This document shows, in pieces, positions 18,389-28,038 of a stretch of DNA of 56,955 nt. A program made the translations under genes and the position numbers. This DNA comes from a virus. Taxonomy: Duplodnaviria > Caudoviricetes. The stretch spans positions 1-56,955 of the IMG/VR virus record IMGVR_UViG_3300012948_000001; one strand, written 5' to 3'. Within the stretch, counting starts at the first letter, position 1. Every line of letters begins with the position of its first letter. The notes under the pieces are model-generated. The model ran no database searches, had not been told where the DNA came from, and saw only the letters and a list, made by a program, of their open reading frames with translations.

Positions 18389-20814
18389 TGACGACGTTTC
18401 TTGAGATAAAACGGAAACATCCGTTGGCTGAGTGCGAGGTATGTCCTCTCATCAATTCACCCTGCGCTCCTTCTATTGGCCCAGAGGATGCGAAGATAGC
18501 CGTAGTCAGTAGAAGTCCTGGGTTTTATGAAGCGCAGAAGGGACAGCCTTTTAGTGGGCCGTCTGGCAAAGTTCTCGATCATTTGCTCCAACAGAATGGA
18601 GTAAAACGTGAAGAAGCTTTCCTTACTAACGTTGTCCTTTGCACTACTACTGCTCCACCGAAAGCTGCGATACAAGCGTGCGCTCCGCGTCTCCGTAGCG
18701 AAATTTCACAAGCTGATGTTATTATCGCCGCAGGAAGCGAAGCAGCTAAAGAAGTCCTTGGGGTCAACAGCCTATCTGGAAATCGTGGATTTAGGCACAG
18801 ACGCACTACAGACAGTGGGAAGTGGCAAGACGTGGTTGCCACCAACAACCCAGCCATCGTCCTCAAAGACGACACCATCTTCCCAAATCTCGTTAGGGAT
18901 TTTAGACTAGCGATAAATCCATTGCCACCAGTAGAACTTCCGGAAGTGAGTTGGACTAATGCAACTATGGAAGCTAGGAGAATCGCACGAGATATCAGTC
19001 GAAGGCTATCTACCTCGCCTGGAACCATTGCAGTCGATATCGAAACGAAAGGACTTGCTCACACGGCAGTCATTGTTAGTCTTGGACTCTCTATTACGGG
19101 ACTTCGAGCGTTTGCTTTTGGAGCCGAATGTTTCAAAGACGACTCTTTCCTTGTCGATTTCATTAGACCGATCCTCACGCAAGCCGGTACTACTTATATC
19201 TGGCACAACGGAAAGTTCGACGTTAGAAACTTTAGATCAAAGCGAATTGCAGGCAGGGTAGACGAAGATACGTTGCTCCTATCCTATGCTTTGGATGAAA
19301 GATCGGATGAGGAGCAAGTACATTCTCTCGACTATCTGTGCATGAATGAATTGAATTGGCCGCACTATGAACCAAAGATAGTCAAGAACTGGAAAGCCGC
19401 TGTGGCTAGACTGGAGCGAAATGCCGAATTTGAAAGACTTGCCCAGTTGGAGGTACCGGATGAATTGTATGAATACAACGCCAACGACGCAGCCGGTACG
19501 GCTCTCCTATTCCCAATCCTCAAACAGCGTGCTATCGACGATGGTGTCTATGATTATTATAAGAACTACCTTCTTCCAGACAGTAACGCCCTTATTGACG
19601 TAGAACTGCGAGGAATGAATTATAACATTCACAAAGCCGCCGACATGAATGAGATGGAGGTACTGCCTAAACTAGATGAGCTAAGAGAGACATTGAGATT
19701 GATCGTAGGCGATGGTAGTTATAATCCCGCCTCTGCTAAACAGAATTCTATACTGGTATACGATAAGTGGAAGGTAATACACGACATTGATCGGGGAGAG
19801 GATAAGGAACGCTCTGTCGATAAGCCGGTTTACACGGAACTCAGGGCAGGTCGTTTCTACATGGGGGCGGGTCATCAAGGTGACGCCGAAACAGTCAGAA
19901 GATGGGCCGGATACTTCACAGAATTCAAAGAGCTAGACAAACAGAGAGGTACATACGTTGAGGGACTCATCAAAAGAGCTGAGTTTGCGGGAGGAAAAGT
20001 CTTTAGCGACTTCAAGCTACATTCTACCGTCACGGGTAGGTCAAGCTCTAGTCGGCCTAATCTTCAAAACGTTACAAGGACGAAGGAGAATCTCCCGAAT
20101 ATTCGATCCCTTTTCGTTCCCTCTGAAGGATGTTGCATACTGTCAGCTGACTATTCGCAAGCAGAGTTACGGGCAATCGCCACCCTATCAGGTGATACTC
20201 GTCTGCAAGACATATACAGAGATAAGCGGAGTCTCCATCGAGAAGTAGCAGAACGTTTCTACGGAAAAGACTACAACTATGAGCAGTACGTCCATGCCAA
20301 GAATATGGATTTCGGAGTGGCGTATGGACAATCGGCGGAAACGTTCCAAGAGAAACATGATATTCCGGTTGCGGAAGGCAAGGACTTCATCAAATGGTGG
20401 TTCTCCAACTTCCCAGGAGTTGCCCGTTGGAGAAAAGAAGTCGCCCGAACCGTCAAGCGAGACGGATATATTCAAACTCCATTTGGTCACAAGCGAAGAT
20501 TTTATCTCATTACCTTTGAAAACAAGGGTGCGGTATATCGAGAAGCCATTAATTGTATTCCTCAAAATATCGCTGCTCGTCTTACTCTATACAGCGTTCG
20601 CCGTTTGGTTGATCTTGGTCTTCCTGTTGTTAATACCGTTCACGATAGCATCGTGCTTGATTGCCCTATTCATAGGGTGGGAGAATTTGTTGAAGCTATT
20701 AAGGGGGTGATGGAATCGGCACCTAAAGTTATTGGATGGATAGACATACCCTTTGAAGTTGAGTTCAGTGTTGGTGAAAACTGGGGTGAACTAAAGGAGA
20801 TAGAGAGTGTCTGA
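18388..20814 (+). CDS. polA: Family A DNA polymerase with N-terminal UDG-like Fe-S domain (SPO1-like) and 3'-5' exonuclease
   Basis: CEVC..TNVVLC..C; DIET, HNGKFD, YNANDA; TGR, ADYSQAELR, KNMDFGVAYG, VHDS. Confidence 0.92.
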   Translation: MTTFLEIKRKHPLAECEVCPLINSPCAPSIGPEDAKIAVVSRSPGFYEAQKGQPFSGPSGKVLDHLLQQNGVKREEAFLTNVVLCTTTAPPKAAIQACAPRLRSEISQADVIIAAGSEAAKEVLGVNSLSGNRGFRHRRTTDSGKWQDVVATNNPAIVLKDDTIFPNLVRDFRLAINPLPPVELPEVSWTNATMEARRIARDISRRLSTSPGTIAVDIETKGLAHTAVIVSLGLSITGLRAFAFGAECFKDDSFLVDFIRPILTQAGTTYIWHNGKFDVRNFRSKRIAGRVDEDTLLLSYALDERSDEEQVHSLDYLCMNELNWPHYEPKIVKNWKAAVARLERNAEFERLAQLEVPDELYEYNANDAAGTALLFPILKQRAIDDGVYDYYKNYLLPDSNALIDVELRGMNYNIHKAADMNEMEVLPKLDELRETLRLIVGDGSYNPASAKQNSILVYDKWKVIHDIDRGEDKERSVDKPVYTELRAGRFYMGAGHQGDAETVRRWAGYFTEFKELDKQRGTYVEGLIKRAEFAGGKVFSDFKLHSTVTGRSSSSRPNLQNVTRTKENLPNIRSLFVPSEGCCILSADYSQAELRAIATLSGDTRLQDIYRDKRSLHREVAERFYGKDYNYEQYVHAKNMDFGVAYGQSAETFQEKHDIPVAEGKDFIKWWFSNFPGVARWRKEVARTVKRDGYIQTPFGHKRRFYLITFENKGAVYREAINCIPQNIAARLTLYSVRRLVDLGLPVVNTVHDSIVLDCPIHRVGEFVEAIKGVMESAPKVIGWIDIPFEVEFSVGENWGELKEIESV

Positions 20815-20938
20815 AAACGAGCCTAAAGAGGAATCAGAGAACGAAGGCCAGCCTGACGTAAACCCAACTCCAGAACCAGCAGAAGAACCAGCAGAAGAGT
20901 GGGCGAAAGGAGATGAACCGAGTGGCGCTGACTCGTAA
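20807..20938 (+). CDS. Small acidic E/P-rich peptide, 43 aa (not in ORF track)
   Basis: AAGGAG SD with GTG; fills the pol-lysin gap. Confidence 0.5.
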   Translation: MSENEPKEESENEGQPDVNPTPEPAEEPAEEWAKGDEPSGADS

Positions 20939-21746
20939 ATGGATTCCAAGTCCTAATTACAGTAGTCGTGGTGGTGCAAGTGTACGTCTGATTGTTCTGC
21001 ATACCGCCGAAGGTGCATTGACAATCGAATCACTCGGCAACTTTTTCGCTTCATCGTCGAGCCAGGTAAGTTCGCATACCGGAGCCGATGATAAAAAGAA
21101 CACGGTAGGTGAGTATGTTAAGCGTGGAAATAAGGCATGGACAGCAGCGAATGCTAATCCTGTTGCCACCCAATTGGAACTATGTGCCTTCGCGTCTTGG
21201 TCTACTGATGAATGGCATCGCCATCCAAACATGCTTGATAATTGTGCCAAGTGGATTGCCGAGGAAGCTAAATACTTCGGTATCCCAATTGTGAGATTGA
21301 ATTCTTCACAAGCACAAGGTTCAGGACGTGGTGTATGTCAGCATGTTGATCTAGGATCATGGGGTGGCGGACACCATGATTGCGGTAGCGGTTTTCCAAT
21401 GGGTTATGTATTGGAAATGGCTGCTGGTCATCCAGTATCAGCACCTACCCCGCCACCATCATCCGGTAAAGCACCACCATTCCCATATCCGAGCAATCAT
21501 TATCTCGGTCAGCCATCGTCCGATCCTCATTGTCATTCAGGATATTACGGTGGAGTAGATAGAGATAACGTCCGCAAGTGGCAGGGCCAAATGTCACATC
21601 GAGGATGGTATCTCAACGTTGATGGCATGTATGGGCCTAACTCTGAGAAAGTATGTAGACAGTTCCAGTCTGAAAAAGGGCTCTCTGTGGATGGGCTTGT
21701 TGGGCCTCAGACTTGGGATAAAACCTGGACTTCACCGATAGTATAA
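20922..21746 (+). CDS. Endolysin: Amidase_2 plus C-terminal PG-binding domain
   Basis: SPNYSSR..IVLHTAEG, SSH, H..HHDCG; VDGMYGP, FQ...GLSVDGLVGPQTW; GTG start fits the SD better than 20913. Confidence 0.9.
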   Translation: MALTRKWIPSPNYSSRGGASVRLIVLHTAEGALTIESLGNFFASSSSQVSSHTGADDKKNTVGEYVKRGNKAWTAANANPVATQLELCAFASWSTDEWHRHPNMLDNCAKWIAEEAKYFGIPIVRLNSSQAQGSGRGVCQHVDLGSWGGGHHDCGSGFPMGYVLEMAAGHPVSAPTPPPSSGKAPPFPYPSNHYLGQPSSDPHCHSGYYGGVDRDNVRKWQGQMSHRGWYLNVDGMYGPNSEKVCRQFQSEKGLSVDGLVGPQTWDKTWTSPIV

Positions 21747-22741
21747 TGGCCGCTACTCCATTCCAAAAGTTCCGTGTGGACTACAATCAGACAGCAGATG
21801 TACCGTTGGACTATACTCAAATGTCTACCGGAGGGTTTGAGGGTGTAGCGTTCAGGCCCGAAGAAGGTCTTGATCTAGTCAGTCAGAGAATGGATTACTG
21901 CAAAAAACAAATGACATTTCGAGGCCAGCCATTCGATCACAACATATGGTTTGCTGATCCATTGTCCACTGACTCGATAGCTGCAAAGATTCCTTCAAGC
22001 GCACAAGCTTGGGCGAATTATATTGTTAAGTTCGTTAAAGACTTGACAGTTAAAGGATATCCACCAAAAGTCCTCGGCCTCAATATCGAATTTACTGGTA
22101 AGGGATATCCACCCTGGAAATCAAATATAGCATATCAGCCCTGGGCACACGTATTCGCATCGGCTGTAGATCCGATGGATAATAGGGTAAAGAATTTCCT
22201 CTACGTCACGCCCAATGGTGGACAGTCGGGACTGTCCACTCCGAGGTGGCAAGCAACAGGAGTAATCACCGATAACAACATCAAGTGGCAGGTAGATGGA
22301 AACCAGAAGCAGCCATACCAGTACGCGAATGGATGGGCCTTTAACGAGATAGCTGCTAATACCATATTCAATGCCTTGCCTAATCAACTTGTAGACGTTC
22401 AGCCTATGGGTGGGCAAGGGGATTTTAATCACGGTATCTGGATGAAACGTGGTGCAAGAAACAGTCCGCAATGTTATGGGAGCCAACCCTACCTTGATCT
22501 CAGAAACTTAGAGGATGAAATAGCCGGCATTGTTAATAATATGTATATTCGCCCATATTACGGCTTTACTCCTGACCGACGACGCATCCATCCAACAATA
22601 GGCGCCTTCGGCCAAGGTCGCTTCTACGTCCCCTGGATCGAGCAAGCTCGTAGACGTAACATCTTTGGCATCCGTATATATCCTCATAATAATCTTGCTC
22701 CTAGCGATTTTACGGACTATCGCCCGTTGGTGATTCCATAG
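21746..22741 (+). CDS. Putative glycoside-hydrolase-like protein with inserted carbohydrate-binding module
   Basis: LNIE and PQCY motifs; insert WKSNIAY...GQSG..PRW...TDNNIKW. Confidence 0.45.
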   Translation: MAATPFQKFRVDYNQTADVPLDYTQMSTGGFEGVAFRPEEGLDLVSQRMDYCKKQMTFRGQPFDHNIWFADPLSTDSIAAKIPSSAQAWANYIVKFVKDLTVKGYPPKVLGLNIEFTGKGYPPWKSNIAYQPWAHVFASAVDPMDNRVKNFLYVTPNGGQSGLSTPRWQATGVITDNNIKWQVDGNQKQPYQYANGWAFNEIAANTIFNALPNQLVDVQPMGGQGDFNHGIWMKRGARNSPQCYGSQPYLDLRNLEDEIAGIVNNMYIRPYYGFTPDRRRIHPTIGAFGQGRFYVPWIEQARRRNIFGIRIYPHNNLAPSDFTDYRPLVIP

Positions 22742-22754
22742 TATAGATATACCA

Positions 22755-22768
22755 CGAACGTATGTTCC
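22755..22768. promoter_or_regulatory. Gram-positive LexA (SOS/Cheo) box
   Basis: CGAACGTATGTTCC matches CGAACRNRYGTTYC exactly; intergenic. Confidence 0.6.
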
Positions 22769-22953
22769 ATATAGAGTCCAATATCCTGCCTCCTGGCCGC
22801 TTGCCGAAACCGCCGTCGGGAGGTAGGATGGGCCTGTACGGTTGGAGGGAGGATCAGAGAGGCGACGGAGCGCAATCAGATCACCGGGCCTTGACCGATC
22901 CTAAGATCGCCGTATCCAGCCTCGGTCTTTTGTAAACCTAACAGGAGAGATAC

Positions 22954-23196
22954 GTGAGTCAGGATATTAGATTTAAGAAAACTCCATTGTTCGGATGTAG
23001 CGAATGTCTTGAAGACTTTGCGAGCATGGAGGTATTCGATAAACATAGAGTAGGCACGTTTGAGCCTAATGACAGACATTGTTTAACCGAAACACAGATG
23101 TTGAATAAAGGATGGCAAAAGAACAAACACGATAGATGGTTTGACCCCAAAAGAACAGAAAGAGCTGCCAGATATTTCGGCAATGAAAATCGTTAG
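22954..23196 (+). CDS. Phage FDxHR Zn-binding protein
   Basis: CSEC...FDKHR...C; CAGGAG SD. Confidence 0.7.
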   Translation: MSQDIRFKKTPLFGCSECLEDFASMEVFDKHRVGTFEPNDRHCLTETQMLNKGWQKNKHDRWFDPKRTERAARYFGNENR

Positions 23197-23653
23197 TATC
23201 GACCCAGGGGGCACAACCGGCTACGCTATCGGAGAAGACTTCCCTGAAATCTTTAGAGTACAGATAGCGTATGGTCAGAAGAAAATGAATTCTGATGAGT
23301 TATATGAATTTATTGAGGATCTCAACCCTTCGCATCTGATATGTGAGAACTTCACTTATCGCAATAAACCGAGGACAGGACTTGATCTAACGGCCCCTAA
23401 ACTGATCGGTGTAGTAGAACTTTACGCTACACGTCAGACGGGAGTTACATTATATATGCAGCCGCCTGGACTCGGTTGGGACTACTTCACCGATAAGCGT
23501 ATAAAGGATATGCGCCTTTATCAAAAAGGCTTACAGCATGGTAGAGATGCTCTACGACACATGCTGTATTGGATAACCTTCGGAAAAGGATTCCCGCTCA
23601 TGGAGAGCATGGCGGGTTACAAATACGAGTTAGTCCCCGAAGAGTTCTTCTAA
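23183..23653 (+). CDS. RuvC-like Holliday junction resolvase
   Basis: IVSIDPGGTTG, ICENF, HGRDA. Confidence 0.75.
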   Translation: MKIVSIDPGGTTGYAIGEDFPEIFRVQIAYGQKKMNSDELYEFIEDLNPSHLICENFTYRNKPRTGLDLTAPKLIGVVELYATRQTGVTLYMQPPGLGWDYFTDKRIKDMRLYQKGLQHGRDALRHMLYWITFGKGFPLMESMAGYKYELVPEEFF

Positions 23654-23851
23654 CGATAAGTATTTTTCCTCGATAAGAATCGAAACTGCGTTAGCCATAT
23701 TCCTTGCATGAAGCTTTTTCAGCAGTTTCTTTTTATGGTGTTGCACAGTGTTAGGAGCTATCGCCATTATTTCGGCCGTTTCAGATGTAGTGTATCCTAA
23801 AGCAGCGTATTTAGCTACCTCAAGCTGCCTCTCTGATAGCAGGCTTTTCAT
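23630..23851 (-). CDS. Stand-alone LuxR/GerE-type HTH regulator
   Basis: LSERQLEV...G.T.SETAEIM.IAPNTVQHH...KL.ARN. Confidence 0.85.
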   Translation of the reverse strand: MKSLLSERQLEVAKYAALGYTTSETAEIMAIAPNTVQHHKKKLLKKLHARNMANAVSILIEEKYLSLEELFGD

Positions 23852-23931
23852 AATAGTGTGGGGGAGATATGCCCAGGAGAGACAACAATCTCCCCCACTG
23901 TCGCTAGCCTAATTACTGCTAGCTAACCCTT

Positions 23932-24453
23932 TCATGGACAATGTTTGTTATGTGGTGGACAAGGCTTTCCTGGTGGTTTACCTCCACCACCTCCATTACC
24001 ACCGCCATTAACAGTTACAGTTCTTGTAACAGTAACGGTAACTGTATCTACAACAGTACGTGTTATAACACGTCCCGCAGGCCCAGGTGGGCCAGGTGGG
24101 CCTTGAGGCCCGGTATGTCCTGGTGGCCCAGTTAATCCTCTTTCTCCTGCTGGCCCTCTAGTACCTGTATCACCCTTTGGGCCTTTTGCACCTTTAGCAC
24201 CGGCCGGGCCTTGACTAGCATTTATAATCTTTTGGATTTGGTGGATTTGTTTGATAATAGAACCTGTTGTACCTGCTGGGCCTGGTGGGCCTGCCGGGCC
24301 TTGAGGGCCAGGTTGACCTATAACACTTACGATACTGCTAATTGTAGTCTCTTCCTTCTTAACTTTCGCATTGAGTTGTTCGGCAGTAATCCACCCGAAC
24401 AAACCAGCTAGAGATAGAACTACAATTAGAGCTACAAAGCTAACGTATCTCAT
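23932..24453 (-). CDS. Membrane-anchored collagen-like protein of the lysis cassette
   Basis: N-terminal TM helix; two Gly-X-Y runs. Confidence 0.75.
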   Translation of the reverse strand: MRYVSFVALIVVLSLAGLFGWITAEQLNAKVKKEETTISSIVSVIGQPGPQGPAGPPGPAGTTGSIIKQIHQIQKIINASQGPAGAKGAKGPKGDTGTRGPAGERGLTGPPGHTGPQGPPGPPGPAGRVITRTVVDTVTVTVTRTVTVNGGGNGGGGGKPPGKPCPPHNKHCP

Positions 24454-24640
24454 CTTTGTTACCACCACGAGGATGCTTCACGATTCCAAACCCAAAAACG
24501 TATCCTGCTAGAGCTAACATAACTGGAGTGGTGACTGTTAGAGCCGAATAGTCCTTTTGAAGATATCCTGCTACAACGGAAAATGTCCAGACTGCCACCA
24601 CACATACCTCAACAACAGTGATTAACCATTTTGGTGCCAT
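24440..24640 (-). CDS. Holin-like 2-TM protein, paralog B
   Basis: Two TM helices; basic C-terminus. Confidence 0.6.
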   Translation of the reverse strand: MAPKWLITVVEVCVVAVWTFSVVAGYLQKDYSALTVTTPVMLALAGYVFGFGIVKHPRGGNKDEIR

Positions 24641-24646
24641 TCCATA

Positions 24647-24820
24647 TTATTTTGCTACTTTTGTTCTAGTCCCAAAGACAAATCCTGCCAACGTCAACAT
24701 AACTGGTGTTGTAATGGCTAATGCCTCGTAGTCATCTTCGATGATTCCCTCTATCAAAGAGAATACCCACACGGCGAGTACGCAAATAATAATTACCGTC
24801 ATTAACCATTTCGGAACCAT
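24647..24820 (-). CDS. Holin-like 2-TM protein, paralog A, 57 aa (not in ORF track)
   Basis: MVPKWLMTVIIICVLAVWVFS...DYEALAITTPVMLTLAGFVFG aligns with 24440-24640. Confidence 0.65.
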   Translation of the reverse strand: MVPKWLMTVIIICVLAVWVFSLIEGIIEDDYEALAITTPVMLTLAGFVFGTRTKVAK

Positions 24821-24875
24821 CCATTATTTTGGAGGCTTAGTTCCCGGCGGCGGGTCGTCTGGTGGTACAGGTTGT

Positions 24876-26345
24876 TTAGAACCATGGTACAATTGGTGGC
24901 CTCGTTCCTACAGATTCTAGGGCATTATTACCCTTTAGAGGCATAAACATGATACGCTGGAGGCGAATCTCTGTTGATGCGCGAGGATCGCCAGCATTGT
25001 ACCAAGAGGGGAAGTTAACGGAACTGCCGTCTGGCGTCCACAAAGCGACTCCATAATCATTTTGGTTGATCGTATGCATACCCATATACATGGGCACCCA
25101 TGCACCAAAACTTTGGGTCATGCAGTCGGCACTATGACCAGAGTTCTGTAGCCAAGAGACTATACCTACTCCACGTGATCCCGTCGTATAATCCCAACCT
25201 GTTGTAAATGATCTCGCTGTCAGATAAACAGCGTAGGTAAACCCCGGACGCCAGATTGGTGCGTTATTAACCCCTTGATCCGCATCACTCATAACAACGT
25301 CGATGAATCTTCCTCTTACTTGAGTATCGTAGCAATACGCATCTTGAATATATCCGGATTCATCGGTGGTAGCATAGGGATATGGCTGGGGTCTACTTCT
25401 CTGCGGGGCCGGGCCTCCCTGTCCTGCATAGAAATAGTAACCGGAGTCAGGCATGAACATGATCCAGTCGATAGCTATCCATGCAGTTCCGCCATTACAC
25501 CAAGCATAGATATCTATTTGATTTCCATCATGGTAAATAGGGCCATAACTTCCAAAGCCACCATATCCCATACCCTGATATCCGTAATTTGTCGATCCCC
25601 ACAAACCGGAATTCGCACCTGCATACCCAGCATGAGTTATTACATGAGTACCCATTAAAGAGCTTGCTATATAGTCATCACTTTTTGCAGCTAGCCAAGC
25701 TCCCGTACTGGCAGGATGAGCACGATATCCGATAAACATGTCGTACTTATGGCCGCTCAAAAGACCAACGTGTTCGGGAAGGAAACTTACAACTGGCGTC
25801 ACACCAGCAGGCAATTGATTTGTTGATGCCGAAACAACGCCGCCAGTTTGAGTAGAAACGAGAACTACATCATCTGTCGGATTAATGGATGCTGGCGTTG
25901 ACGGGCCGCTCATATCCTGATCTACAGTAGCATCCCCGAAAGTAAAGTCAGGTATTCCTGATGATCCCATCCTAGCCGGACTGATGGTAATAATTCCACC
26001 GGGGAAACGAGCTATGCCCTTTCTAGGTTGATCCGATGTATGTGGCAATGCCCAGATACCGGGAGCGGGCGGAGGAAGTGGAGTTCCGCCTATCTGATGC
26101 CAATTGCCATCTATACCATATACCCATAGCGTAGATGGGTCATTGACATCTCGTACCAATTGACCCGTAACAGGATCAGGTGGGAAGAAAGCGGAGTCAT
26201 ACATCGGGAGGGTAGGAGTTAACATGGCCCTACCCATATTTGCGGCGCCTGCTGCTAATGCATCAATCCGCGTGTGGATGGGGTTGAGTACCCGTTCTAT
26301 CGAGGCATCGTTACCCGAATCCCTAGATGATGGATTCATCCTCAT
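24876..26345 (-). CDS. Tail tip / receptor-binding protein
   Basis: Last gene of the tail module; aromatic beta-rich C-terminus. Confidence 0.6.
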   Translation of the reverse strand: MRMNPSSRDSGNDASIERVLNPIHTRIDALAAGAANMGRAMLTPTLPMYDSAFFPPDPVTGQLVRDVNDPSTLWVYGIDGNWHQIGGTPLPPPAPGIWALPHTSDQPRKGIARFPGGIITISPARMGSSGIPDFTFGDATVDQDMSGPSTPASINPTDDVVLVSTQTGGVVSASTNQLPAGVTPVVSFLPEHVGLLSGHKYDMFIGYRAHPASTGAWLAAKSDDYIASSLMGTHVITHAGYAGANSGLWGSTNYGYQGMGYGGFGSYGPIYHDGNQIDIYAWCNGGTAWIAIDWIMFMPDSGYYFYAGQGGPAPQRSRPQPYPYATTDESGYIQDAYCYDTQVRGRFIDVVMSDADQGVNNAPIWRPGFTYAVYLTARSFTTGWDYTTGSRGVGIVSWLQNSGHSADCMTQSFGAWVPMYMGMHTINQNDYGVALWTPDGSSVNFPSWYNAGDPRASTEIRLQRIMFMPLKGNNALESVGTRPPIVPWF

Positions 26346-27571
26346 CCGCGAACAGTCCCAGGTCTACCTAGTTGGTAAATATCTTCGACGGCTAGCTCTA
26401 TTGTTTCATCGCCCTGATTATTAATCGTGCCATGAATCTGATTGATAATCATGGCATTGGCGATATGTTGAGCGCCGAAATCGAAATCACACCAGATAAG
26501 TTCACCAGGCTGACATAGCTGCCAGAAATTCTCTATTTCATCCGGCCTGAGTTGTACCGGAATGAGATGTTGAGGGTGAAGATCATGAGATAGCTGAGAC
26601 TGCGCGAGAGATTCTATGTGCTTTTTCGTTAGCACTAGTGAACTATTCATCGTACCATCGAGACGATAGAAAATGCTTTCACTTTGGTCGTATGAAAGTG
26701 CGATGCCAAGATCACCTGCGACGCCTTGTCCCATTGCCAGTATATGTGTCATGGCTGGGCCGGAGTTATCGAATTCGATATCGGTAACATCAAATGGATG
26801 GTTCTTATCATCGAATATAAACATGCAGTCACCAGGCTGAGGTTTTTCAGTACCGAAATCGCCGAATCTATACGGAGACATTATATAGAATTCGGGAGGC
26901 GCACCACCGCCCTCTGCCTGGTGTATATCACATGCAAAATCAAACCCTGGATGAAGCTGGCTTAGCTGACTGATATAGTCATAGACGAAGGTAGTATCTC
27001 CCAGCGGTATTTCTAGGGTATGTGTTTCACCAGTTATCCCTAGACCATCCACAGGGTTGCCGATCCGAATGTTCATGCTATTCGGTCGATCTAATATCTT
27101 CTGTAGAACCTCGGCTATGACAATAGCTACGTCATCTGTCCTATGATAAGCAGGACTCACACCCTGAAAAGTAGATAGGTGAATGTCTCCGCCAACAAAT
27201 GCATTTGTGTCTTGAGGATTGAATGGATAATGCCGTACTTGGAGATAGTTCAGATAGCCCTTACCAGCTATATGAACGGCCTCTTCGCCCTTCTTTGTAA
27301 TAACTTGGGTATGCCAACCCGATGCAACAAGGAAATCATCTCGCCAAAGTTCCCATTCAGTACGATATGGGCCGACGAACCCCCATTGCATAGTGGGTTC
27401 AGCTTTAGCCAGGTCATAGGTTATATCGTGAGCATCATTACGTTGTAAGCGAAAGTCAATGTTCATAGGACGGTAGATCCCGCCCTCGGGTGGATAGAGA
27501 TTGCCATAATGGTCTTTGTGTATAACGACCCATCCACCCTTATATCCGTTATAAAAGGATAGAGCTGCCAT
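26342..27571 (-). CDS. Minor tail protein (hub/Tal-like)
   Basis: Synteny after Dit; size. Confidence 0.7.
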   Translation of the reverse strand: MAALSFYNGYKGGWVVIHKDHYGNLYPPEGGIYRPMNIDFRLQRNDAHDITYDLAKAEPTMQWGFVGPYRTEWELWRDDFLVASGWHTQVITKKGEEAVHIAGKGYLNYLQVRHYPFNPQDTNAFVGGDIHLSTFQGVSPAYHRTDDVAIVIAEVLQKILDRPNSMNIRIGNPVDGLGITGETHTLEIPLGDTTFVYDYISQLSQLHPGFDFACDIHQAEGGGAPPEFYIMSPYRFGDFGTEKPQPGDCMFIFDDKNHPFDVTDIEFDNSGPAMTHILAMGQGVAGDLGIALSYDQSESIFYRLDGTMNSSLVLTKKHIESLAQSQLSHDLHPQHLIPVQLRPDEIENFWQLCQPGELIWCDFDFGAQHIANAMIINQIHGTINNQGDETIELAVEDIYQLGRPGTVRG

Positions 27572-28038
27572 CAGATCGTATAGAGTTTCCCGCTCGATAC
27601 ACCAATCATAAACGGACGGAACAACTTATACGTTATCTGGAACTCTGTCACGGACGGATACAGCGCCAACATTGGCAGCGTAGGATATCCATCGAGTGTG
27701 TAGTCCTGGTAAAAGTCCTCAGTTATACCATCGAAGCCAATAAACAAGCGGCCCATACGACGTGCAGTTTCTATAACACCAGCGGGAACCAGCGTATTCA
27801 ACATGCCCAATCTACCAACCATGTAGTCCTGCGGTGTGTTATACAGGGCGTCTCCAAGAGTATGAATCAAGACTTTACCAAGATACGTGCGAGATTCCCA
27901 GATACCGTGTTCCTGCATCCGCTGTAGTTCCTCGTTACGTACATCACCATCTACTTCAAAGTTCTTCAACGGCCAGGTATCAGTATTGAATGACCATATC
28001 TGACCGTTGAGATTTTGTATGTCAAATCTTCGTATCAT
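27571..28038 (-). CDS. Distal tail protein
   Basis: Immediately after TMP. Confidence 0.65.
   Translation of the reverse strand: MIRRFDIQNLNGQIWSFNTDTWPLKNFEVDGDVRNEELQRMQEHGIWESRTYLGKVLIHTLGDALYNTPQDYMVGRLGMLNTLVPAGVIETARRMGRLFIGFDGITEDFYQDYTLDGYPTLPMLALYPSVTEFQITYKLFRPFMIGVSSGKLYTI

Noticed and set aside
24824-24892. Tiny Pro-rich ORF (...QPVPPDDPPPGTKPPK) on the - strand
   Set aside because: Only about 22 codons with a weak start; cannot be supported.
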